NCBI GenBank assembly: GCA_044892525.1
Contig: CM097885.1
Location: 29,452,001 to 29,516,000, forward strand
DNA length: 64,000 bases
Origin: Schmidtea polychroa
Taxonomy: Eukaryota
Direction of reading: 5' to 3'
Below are positions 41,036 through 53,283 of the stretch, in pieces; position 1 is the stretch's first letter; each line of letters starts with the position of its first letter. The notes beneath the pieces were generated by a model. That model was given only the letters and a program-made list of their open reading frames with translations, did not search any database and was not told the DNA's origin. The position numbers and the translations under genes are program-made.

Positions 41036-43226
41036 AATATAAGTTTTAATTTTAATAAATAATTATACTTAATAAACATTTTTACGTTTTAAAACTTCTT
41101 CTATTAAACTTTAATTATAAGGTGTAATTTTATTTCCTTTTAAAATTACTCTTAAAATATTCTACATCAGAAATTAAACTTGAAAAGGTAGAATTCACGT
41201 TTAAGTTAAAACGAAACATTGCTAATAAACATTTAAATTGTACTTATCAGATTACTTAAATTTTTATATAAATATTTAAATTAATAAATAAAAGTAAGTT
41301 TAAAATATAAAAATAAATTAAAATCTATTAAATATTAAAATAAATTAAACCAGCATTGAAATCAGCATCAAAATAAAAATAAAACCCTCGAAGCTATCTG
41401 TTTGAATATTACGATAAAAGCGCAGTTTTAGTTAATTTTAGTTAAAATTGGTAATTTTATTAATTGATTTTATGGATATTGAAAATGAATTTGATGTTGT
41501 TGCGACTAACAACACTTATAAAATTTCTGCCACCAAGATTACACTTGTAAAAGTCCCGCCCCTTTTTACAAGATCCAACGATAATAAAGGAAAATGATTT
41601 AACGAATTACCATTCTGGAAAAATAATTAATATGTAAAAAGTTATAAAAGAATAAGGTGTTCCGGTGCAAGGAGTGTGAATAAATTTAAAAATGGAGAAG
41701 TAAATGTCAAAATGTTCAATGCACTTTGTTACAACAAACAGAATAGACCTTAGAACTATTCAAACATTTGGTTTATCAAACAAAGGGACCAGTAAGAAGA
41801 GGATTGTTAAGTTCTGTAATAGATCCATGTTTTATTTTCTATTCTACGACTTTTCGACACAACATGTATCAATATAGTAAACAAAAGACAGTAAATAAAA
41901 ATAAATTAAAAAAACAATATTGTAAAAATAATATTTTAAATTTACCTAAATTCGTAGATAATTTTCTATTTCATTTATATGCCAATAAAGTGTTTGTTTC
42001 AACTTGAGTGTACCTAAAATATGTAACCAAATCAATAAACAAAATTATTTTGATAAATGTGGTGAGAATAATACGCTACAATGTAGGATAACAAATATTA
42101 AACGAAACTATAGGGATCTTAAATTAGAATAAATTCGTATATTTATGTTTTAAGAATCCCTAACTTACCGATGCAACATAACAATACAACTGTAACAATT
42201 ACTTCATTTAACAATGGATCTTTCCTTGCCAGTGTCATATATCTCCAGTGACAGTTTTTATGAGAAGTTTTGCCACATTTCTCGCTTCGACTTGTTTATT
42301 CCCAAATTACAAATTTTATATATGAAATGACTTTATTTATTTTACAATATCAACAAATAACAATTCATTATCAGTTTTAGTTTTTATCATTGAATAAAGG
42401 ATGTTTATTTAATTTCCTTTATTTATTACTCCAAAACCAAACCATATCGAATATTATTGTTGTGCCGCTGTTTTTAAATGTATAAATAATTTGACATATT
42501 ACAAATTATGAGTAAAATAAAAGGATATCATGATACTGATAAATATTTGTTTATTTAATATTTGTTAATTAAATAAAACCATCACAAAATTTAACAATGT
42601 TTTTACAAAAACATTAGTAAGTTATGTCCCCTCTAAGACAGAACCCCTCTCACCTAATAAGGAAAAAATATTAAGCTAAAAATATTTTGCTTAATAATTT
42701 TATTTAGGTAATAGTAGGATGTGGGCTCCCCCGGCCAGGGGCCCTCTGGATCACATACCCCTCCCCCACCCCCCCCGGGGAAAATTTTTTTTTTTTAAAT
42801 AAAAGGTCAAGGTCAACGTCAAATTTTTAATAAAAGGCCAAGGTCATTTTTTTTTGTTTTATTATTTGATCCAGCGGGCTCACACTTTTTTTCATCCCAA
42901 AAATTAATGTTCCCGCCAACAGAATTTATTGACCGATACATCATCTTAAAGCCCAATGCAAGAAATTTAAGATGTGTTATAGGTATTTTATATATCTTTA
43001 ATAGTTTTAATGTTATTATCCATTGATGACCACCATCTTTTCAAAGTTAAATTATTATTATTTTTCAAAATATTTTTCTTCATCCCAAAGATTAATGTTC
43101 CCATTACCCGAATTTATTAAACGATAGCTTATTTTGAAGCTTAGTGTAAGATCTATCGATTGATATATAAATATTATTATTATCATTATTATTGTCAAAA
43201 TTATTAACGTTTTTCCGAGACCATTT

Positions 43227-43512
43227 TCAAGGTCATTTGACTATTTTATTATTTTTTCAAAATATTATTTTTCAAGGTCATTTATTTTTTCAGAGTCATT
43301 TATTATTTTCAAGGTCATTTATTTTTTCAGGGTCATTTATTATTTTCAAGGTCATTTATTATTTTCAAGGTCATTTATTTATTCAAGGGCATTTATTTTT
43401 TTCAAGGTCATTTTTTCAAGGTCATTTTTTCAAGGTCATTTATTATTTTCAAGGTCATTTATTTTTTGAAGGTCATTTATTATTTTCAAGGTCATTTATT
43501 TTTTCAAGGTCA
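43227..43512 (+). repeat. TCAAGGTCA tandem array
   Basis: About 15 copies (roughly 11 exact by my count), mostly at 14-19 bp spacing. Confidence 0.92.
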
Positions 43513-43710
43513 TATTATTATTTTAAAAAAAATTATTATTATTTTCTAAATTTTTATTATTTTTAAGTTAAGTTAAAGTTTTATTATTATTATTATTATT
43601 ATTATTGTTAATGAAAAATCTAAAATATGGTTTACACACACAACCCATCAACCATTATTATTATTATCAATATTAAAAACCTAAAATATTTTTTACACAA
43701 CTCAATAAAC

Positions 43711-43751
<41 letters not shown>

Positions 43752-43754
43752 TCA

Positions 43755-46700
43755 AAAACCTAAAATAATTTTTACACACTAAGTTATGGGGTAGAGAATT
43801 ATTATAAGTTTGCAGTATTCTGTGTTTGCCTTTACAGGAAGTTGTCAATAAGGAGCGATAATTTTATACACACATTCTATATACACATACCTTGTTTAAC
43901 ATGGGTGTATATACTCCTAGTCTATCCGACAAAATATTCTGTCCCCCTATGGGTATTGCTCATATGGGTAATGGTCACAAGGGTACTACTCACACTCAAC
44001 ATGTCGCAAGGGTATATTAATTAAGTTTAGTAAATAAAACCTATCACACATACTATTTTTAATAATATTTAAACGATAAAAAATCAAGACAAGAGAGTAC
44101 AAGGCAAAGTTTATGCATTTAGTATTGCCAGGTCTAATGAGCAGTGACCAAATATCTGTGCTTGAAAGACACGGTGGATATTTGTTCGCGTCCACAAGGG
44201 TCGTCTGTGCCTCCCCCAAGTGGGGTCAGAAGAACTTGGGCATTATAGCTTTCCGTACGGAACATTACGCCTAGCATGGGTAGTCAACTACCAGAACATT
44301 CGAAACGTATAATTACAAAATACATGCGTCATTGGCACTATAACCAAATTAATTAATGTTTTCACAAACAAAAATATATATTTACAGAGGCCTCCCACTA
44401 GTTGGATTACAACCGCCCACCACGACGATCAGCTTGTAAATATATATTAATTAAGGGATTAAGAGGACCCACCCAACCCTATTATATTTAATTTACAAAA
44501 GGTTTCTCGCTCTTCTGCTGGTAATCTATCTCAAAATTATCATCTCCATCGGGCCATTTGGAATACATCTTGCAAATTGGACGTATTTCTTAGTTTCTGA
44601 TGCGGTGTCAACTATCATTGCTAAAATTTATATTGATTTAAAAGCAATTAATTTACATTATCTAGCATTTTATCGTCACAGGCTTGATAAATTAGGCAAC
44701 TGTTATTTGTGGTATACTTTTTCAATGTCATTTCTTATCAATTCCCACCATAAAACACAGATACCTAAATATAATATATATATTTTAAAGAATTAATTCA
44801 TGTCTTACATTAATAATAATATTCTTCAGGTATGACGAGTACTTTACTTAATTGCTAAAACATCGGTTTTCCCATTTTTCCTAACATTCGTTGAAAGAAA
44901 GTTTACATAATTTAAATCTGATAAGTAAACATTCATGTTGAAGGACACCCACAATCAGCTAATTCATTTAAAAAATTCAGAAAATAAGTCATTTAGTGTT
45001 GCACCATTTTGTCTGGTTCATCTTCTTCATAATCATATAATTCATTTTCTTCATTACTAAGTAAAATAATTAAAATATTGTAGTAAATTCTTTATTTACT
45101 TACTTTATGGATATTAAAACGAAAGAAATAAAGTTATATGAAAAGTTTATTTAATTAATTTAAATTTAGTTATTTAAAAATATTTAAACAATTTAGTTAT
45201 TTAAGCATATTTAAACATTATTATATAGTATAATTTTATATAATATTATAATATTATAATTTTATGTACACTTATATATCCTTCATTTAATTTTTTAAAT
45301 TCAAATATTTATAATGAAGATTCTTTGAATTAAAAATAATTCCAGTGAACTTATATCCTTTTAGAGGTTTATTAGGTCGTGATGAATGTTATTGCACAGT
45401 AATTTAGATTTATATTTTAGAACAAGTTTTTATTAATTAATTATTCACGGTTTTATTAAGTCGTTTAGGGTTAATGATCAATTAGGTGTTTATTTACTTG
45501 GTTTTGACAATGAAATATCTGAAATCTTTAGAATTAATTGAGAATGATATCAAAGGTTATTGCTTTAAATTATTTACCTTTATTTAACATGTTATAGACG
45601 GATATTCATTGTGGGGATATCGGTGACAAAACTTGAGAAATATTGACTTAAAAGTTGGAAATCGACAACTAAAGAAAATTTAACTTTATTGAAGGAAATT
45701 TATGATTTTAATTAGAAATTAAATAGGTTGAATGTCAGTTAATCTATTGAAGGAATATTTTTATCGGGTGGATAAATGATATTTTGCTAAATTACCTTTG
45801 CTAAATATTATTTTAAATGACTAAAAATAACAAAATTAACCAATATTCATAAATTTATCGCACAAAATATCCATGTTTTGGTTACTCAAACATCTTAAAT
45901 TTCTCGCAAAGATATATTACGTCTAATGATCATCTAATTAAATAAGAAAATAATTGTTACTTTATAATATATATTTCTAACTAATAAGCCCCTTAATTGG
46001 ATAAATGATAACCATATTTCTATAATGACTCCTTTATTTATTTTTGCCTCAAACAAATTTACTCCAAATGATAAAGAATTTAAAATTATCAATGAATAAA
46101 GACCATGTTTTTCTCATATTATTAACTATTGTAACGAACATTAGATGAATAAATTAATTTTTGCTTTAAATGACACCAAAGTTAACCAATAAATTAGTCG
46201 CTCGACATAAGTGTAAAGTTACATTTAAAATATTCACGAATTTCTGATCATCTCACTAAATTACCTAAGAATTTCTCACTGATTAATATTGCGACGTTGA
46301 ATGTGACCAGTACCCTTGCTAGCAATACCCATAGGGGGACAGAATATTTTGTCAGATAAACTCGGAGTATATGGTCTTTATTGATATATCAAAATACTGT
46401 TATTTATAAATTAACTAAAACATACTCAAAAATACCATATTATTTTACTGAATGATACCGTAAATGTTTTTAATATATCTATTTCTAAAACAAATCAACA
46501 GTTCAAACCAACAACATGTATGGATGACCACCCATTGTTAATTTATTTCCAGTGTCACATCTTTCAAGAATACCGTGAGTGTTTTAACAAAGCTGAGCTA
46601 AAAGAAACTTCCCAGATAACAACTCACCTGAATGTTTTGAACAAAAATGAGCAAAATTGAGAACAGGCTGATAACTGAACAAACAATTAGATGGCGATTT

Positions 46701-48535
46701 ACTTCTGGCAACAACCCTAAATATATAACATGAAAATTAAGATTTTAATTATTGAATTCGTTGTTTTCTGCTTGGAAATACTAACAGAATATTTTTTTAA
46801 TTCAAAGAATCTTCATTATAAATATTTGAATTTAAAAAATTAAATGAAGGATATATAAGTGTACATAAAATTATAATATTATATAAAATTATACTGTATT
46901 TATTAATAAATTTAGAATACATAAAATTATAATATTATAATATTATATAAAGTTATACTATATAATAATGTTTAAATATGCTTAAATAACTAAATTGTTT
47001 AAATATTTTTAAATAACTAAATTTAAATTAATTAAATAAACTTTTCATATAACTTTATTTCTTTCGTTTTAGTATCCATAAAGTAAGTAAATAAAGAATT
47101 TACTACAATATTTTAATTATTTTACTTAGTAATGAAGAAAATGAATTATATGATTATGAAGAAGATGAACCAGACAAATGGTGAAACACCAAAAGACTCA
47201 TGTTCTGGATTTAGAGATTTCTTATTAAAACATGAATTATGAAGAAGATGAAAGAGACAAAATGGTGCAACACTAAATGACTTATTTTCTGAATTTTTTA
47301 AATGAATTAGCTAATTGTGGGTGTCCTTCAACATGAATTATCAGATTTAAATTATGTAAACTTTCTTTCAACGAATGTCAAGCAAAATGGAAAAACCGAT
47401 GTTTTAGCAATTAAGTAAAGTACTCGTCATACCTGAAGAATATTATTATTAATGTAAGACATGAATTAATTCTTTAAAATATATATATTATATTTAGGTA
47501 TCTGTGTTTTATGGTGGGAATTGATAAGAAATGACATTGAAAAAGTATACCACAAATAACAGTTGCCTAATTTATCAAGCCTGTGACGATAAAATGCTAG
47601 ATAATGTAAATTAATTGCTTTTAAATCAATATAAATTTTAGCAATGATAGTTGACACCGCATCAGAAACTAAGAAATACGTCCAATTTGCAAGATGTATT
47701 CCAAATGGCCCGATGGAGATGATAATTTTGAGATAGATTACCAGCAGAAGAGCGAGAAACCTTTTGTAAATTAAATATAATAGGGTTGGGTGGGTCCTCT
47801 TAATCCCTTAATTAATATATATTTACAAGCTGATCGTCGTGGTGGGCGGTTGTAATCCAACTAGTGGGAGGCCTCTGTAAATATATATTTTTGTTTGTGA
47901 AAACATTAATTAATTTGGTTATAGTGCCAATGACGCATGTATTTTGTAATTATACGTTTCGAATGTTCTGGTAGTTGACTACCCATGCTAGGCGTAATGT
48001 TCCGTACGGAAAGCTATAATGCCCAGGTTCTTCTGACCCCACTTGGGGGAGGCACAGACGACCCTTGTGGACGCGAACAAATATCCACCGTGTCTTTCAA
48101 GCACAGATATTTGGTCACTGCTCATTAGACCTGGCAATACTAAATGCATAAACTTTGCCTTGTACTCTCTTGTCTTGATTTTTTATCGTTTAAATATTAT
48201 TAAAAATAGTATGTGTGATAGGTTTTATTTACTAACCTTAATTAATATACCCTTGCGACATGTTGAGTGTGAGTAGTACCCTTGTGACCATTACCCATAT
48301 GAGCAATACCCATAGGGGGACAGAATATTTTGTCGGATAGACTCTGACTATATACACCCATGTTAAACAAGGTATGTGTATATAGAATGTGTGTATAAAA
48401 TTATCGCTCCTTATTGACAACTTCCTGTATAGGCAAACACAGAATACTGTAAACATATAATACATAAACATATAATATATAAACATGTAATTCTCTACCC
48501 CATAACTGAGTGTGTAAAAATTATTTTGGGTTTTT
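43755..48535. repeat. Near-identical inverted arms (~43755-45338 and ~46791-48535) around a ~1.45-kb spacer
   Basis: Mirror ORFs 44605-44796(+)/47466-47657(-) are identical. ORFs 43986-44219(-)/48043-48276(+) differ by one residue. Confidence 0.95.
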
Positions 48536-48542
48536 GACTAAT

Positions 48543-48614
<72 letters not shown>

Positions 48615-48755
48615 TATAATAATAATAATAATAATAATAATTGTTAATGGGTTGTGTGTGTGTAAAAATATTTTAGGTTTTTCACTAATATTGATAATAA
48701 TAATTGTTAATGGGTTGTGTGTGTGTAAGAATATTTTAGGTTTTCACTTATATTG

Positions 48756-48800
<45 letters not shown>

Positions 48801-49214
48801 TTAATAATAATAACATCTTTCGCGTGGGTGTTATTATTTTAAAAGAAAATATTGAAAATTCAAAAAAAAAATAATATTTATGCAAAGCATGTGCAAAAAT
48901 TATAATCTTTTATAAATAAGTCAACTTTAGCGTCAAAATAAGTTTTTGAAATATATTTAAATTTTAAAAATACCGCAGCGTAATATATTTTTGTCATACC
49001 CTTTCATTGATTTAAGTTGGTCAGAATTTAATAATAATTTTAATAATAATAATAAATAATAATAATAATACTTTGAAATTGTATTTGAAAATAATTTACG
49101 ACCTGTTGAATGTGAGTAGTACCTATGTGATCAGTACCTTTGTGAGTAGTACCTTTATGACCATTACTCTTAGGGGGACAGAATATATTGTCGGATAGAT
49201 TAAGACTATATATG

Positions 49215-49281
<67 letters not shown>

Positions 49282-49366
49282 TAATAATAATAATAATAAT
49301 GTCATTGTGAACAGTACCTTTGTGACCATTACCCATAGGAGGACAATTTGTCGGATTGATTAGGAG

Positions 49367-49441
<75 letters not shown>

Positions 49442-49684
49442 GAATAATAATAATAATAATAATTATAATAATAATGATAATAATATTGATTAAAACTTTG
49501 AAAATAACCTCTTTCGCGCGGTCGTTAATATCTTTCCCAATAATAATGATGATAATAATATTTATATATCAGTAGATAGATCTTGCACTGGGCTTTAAAA
49601 TGAACTATCGATCGATGAATGATGGGAACGATAACTTTTGGGCAAACCGCTAGATCACTAATAATATTTGACTAATAATAATTT

Positions 49685-50256
49685 ATGAGTCATCGTATGA
49701 GCCATCGAATGAGTCGTCGTTCTAAGAATATGTGGCATCGATTACGTAATAATTCTAAAAATATGAGGCATCGTTCTAAAAATATGATGAGTCATTGTCT
49801 TTGTTCTAAAAATGTGATGAGTCATCGTATGATAGAAATCTATATCTCATTAGAAAGGTCTTGCACAGAGCTTTAAAATAAGCTATCGATCAATATAATC
49901 TGTTGGCGGGAACATTAATTTTTGGGATGAAAAAAAGTGTGAGCCCGCTGGGTCAATTAATAATATTTTGAAAAATAATAATAATTTAACTTTGAAAAGA
50001 TGGTGGTCATCAATTGTTAATAACTATACCAATAATAATGATGATAATAATATTTATAGATCAGTAGATAGATCTTGCACTAACGAAAACCATGTCACCG
50101 CTAGATCACTAATAATATTTTGAATAATATGTGGCATCCTTCTAAAAATATGAGGCATCGATTACACAATAGTTCTAAAAATATGTGGCATCGTTCTAAA
50201 AATATGAGGCATCGATTACATAATAGTTCTAAAAATATGTGGCATCGTTCTAAAAA
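49685..50256 (+). repeat. TCTAAAAATATG(A/T)GGCATCG minisatellite blocks
   Basis: Repeated ~21/33-bp units at 49685-49830 and 50125-50256. Confidence 0.85.
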
Positions 50257-53191
50257 AATTTTTTCCCCGGGGGGGGCAGGGGGTATAAGTGGCCGGGCGG
50301 GCTCACATCCTACTACTTTAGGTCAACTCAAATTTAATGATTTTCATGAAATCTTTCCAAGTATATATGTGGGTTAAGTCAAAAGTTATGTAGTCGGTCA
50401 TAGATACACATCCACATAAAAGTAGAGCCCCCTACTTTTATATATATATAGATTTAATTAATTAATAAGTAAGTCACAGAAACGCATTCTATATAGTTTT
50501 TTTAATAAATAAGTAGGTCACAAACACTTATTCTATATAATTTTATTATTAAATAAGGACGTTACACATACAAATTCTATATTTGTTTCTGAAAATTAGC
50601 TTGTTTTATGTTATATTTGACTTTTAAATAATAAAAATTATAATTAATGTCATAAAGATATCTGTATTTTATAGTTTTTATTAATTTTTGACATTGTAAC
50701 AATATGTCTCTCATATTTATTGAAAGTTTTCTTTCTTTTTATTCGAAATTAAAGATTTCAATACAATGAATTTAGCACTTTCCACTTATGTTTATGATTG
50801 TTTAAACTTTAAACGATAACAAAATAATAATATTTCTTTTATAACTATGATAACGATGTTACCTCAAATAGCATTGAATTCTAACAAAGATAGAGATTTG
50901 ACTAAATTTACTAATTAAAGTATTTCTTTCAAACATATCAATGATTGTTTTCATAAATGACGATGTATTTCTCAAAAAGAGGAGTAAATTACTTATAAAA
51001 TGTAAAATTGCTAAATATTATGTATTTACTGACCACATATTTACTGATTAATATATATTTATTGAGATGCTTAGATACACTAAAAAATGACAAACTTAAA
51101 CGATATTCATAATTTCGTCAGTTCGATCAAAATATACATGTTTTACTTAATAATTCGGTAAAAGTTACATTCATATTTAAAAATGTTACCCTAATTATCC
51201 TTGAATTTCTGACAAAGATATATTACCGAAATGACCATCTATTTCTCACTAAATTTCCTGTATAACCGTGTATTTTTAACTAATGTATATGCCCTAATTT
51301 GCAAAATTATATCGAAATCATTGAGTCTTTACTAACATATAGATATGAATTCGTTAAATATTACCTCAAATAGTCATTTAACAAAGATATCAAAATTTTA
51401 CTACATGTGATAAAACTTTTCTACCTAAATTTAATAAATAATCAATGAAATGTTGTTATAAAATGACCATGTATTTCTCACAAAGTTGTATAAACCTGTA
51501 TGGTTTTGTTAAATGTTTTCTCAAACAACAATATATTTCTAACAAATATACATAAAATACCTGAAATTGTTAATAATTGTTAATAAAATAGTCATACATT
51601 TTTCACAAAGATTTATGATTGACCTATTAACTTTGTTCGATACTACACCAATTAGTCATGTATTAATCTTAAATCGACAATGTTTTTGTTACATAAATCA
51701 CCCCAAATATGTTTCTAGTTAATTGATTGAAATAATTGGTACCGTAGAACTATGTATTTCTATCAATTATATACAAATTTGTTATGAATTGTAGAATAAA
51801 ATAACCATATTTTAACTAAATTAAATAGTACTTTTCAAATCATGGATTTCTAACCAAATTGTCTATGAATTGATAGATATTTTCTGAAAATGATCAAATT
51901 TTCTAAATTACTTTCGGAATTGCTATATACATAAATAACCATATAATTTTGACTACATAGTCTAAGAATTTGCTATATGGTATCCAAATAATCATGTTTT
52001 TCTTAAATTGTATATGACATTGTTAAATACTTTAAAATAATAAAAATAATAATAATAAAACAATAATAAAATTAAAAATAATAAAATAATATTATGTGAA
52101 TGCTTGATAAACAAATATAATTGCATAATTAATAAATTTGCCTACAAGAACATAACTAACAAAGACATTGAAATGTCATACTTGCATTTCGTCAAAGAAA
52201 ATTATGGCGGTAATATCAGATGGGAATCAATCGACAGAAGAGTGGCGTCATTTATTCAATGTTATTTTATGAATTGTTATGCACTGTAATTTTTTTTATA
52301 GTTTTGTATTTATTTTCTTGAACATGTTTTTTATTTAAATTTTAAAAAATGTATTTAATTTTCATGTTTTTTATGAATTTTTATTGAATGTTTTAGCATT
52401 GCCTAAACGGGATGATAAGAGATCTTGGGTAAGTAAACTCTAGTTTTGCATGTGGGGATTATTTAGGGGTTGATTTCATTGATATTGACGATAATAATAT
52501 TCAGCCTGGAGCAGATTCTGATATCTTCAATCATCATTTTGAAAAATTATTTAATTCTGTGATTTATGAACATTATAATAAAGTGTAATATATATGAAAC
52601 CAATGCAAAATTAAAATTATTTTAAATCATTATTTTAATTTTTATATTATTTTGTGTTTATTATTTTAAATTGTTTATTGTTAATTATTTTTATTAGAGT
52701 AATTTTATTACAGTGCAATTAAAATTAATATTAAAAAGAATAATAATAATAATAATAATAATAATAGAATAATAGAATAATAATAGTAATTGTTAGACTG
52801 TGTGGATCGAGTATTAATTGTATCCATTTGTTATTAATTAAAGACTCGAAATTATTTTATGCCAACAATATCCTGGGTAAGAAAACATCATTCTACAATC
52901 ATTCTATTAATTTAAATTATATAATTATATTATAATTATACTTACATTTAAATTATTAATATATTATTTAAAATTATTATTTACATATCGTGAAATTCTA
53001 AATTAATTAATAAATTATTTAATTAATTAAGTTAAGCTTTATTTAAATTATTACATACATTTTACCATTTGGCATTCATATTTCATAACTCCTTTTATGT
53101 CTTTTATTGGTTATTACTCCTGTGCCTTCATATAGATCGCAATCTTTATTACGCAAAACTTTTTTAATTAACACAATATTACCATTTTTAT

Positions 53192-53283
<92 letters not shown>

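Larger units (their letters stand above)
42710..50317. mobile_element. 7.6-kb non-autonomous Polinton-type foldback element
   Basis: Termini AATAGTAGGATGTG and CACATCCTACTACT; exact 6-bp TSD TTAGGT (42704-42709, 50318-50323); long inverted arms with mirrored ORFs. Confidence 0.88.

Noticed and set aside
43192..43566. FQGH-repeat ORF, and the SKNMRH-repeat ORFs at 49685 and 50120
   Set aside because: They are by-products of tandem DNA repeats.
49685..50256. CRISPR-like array
   Set aside because: There are no unique spacers and no cas genes, and the context is eukaryotic. It is a minisatellite.
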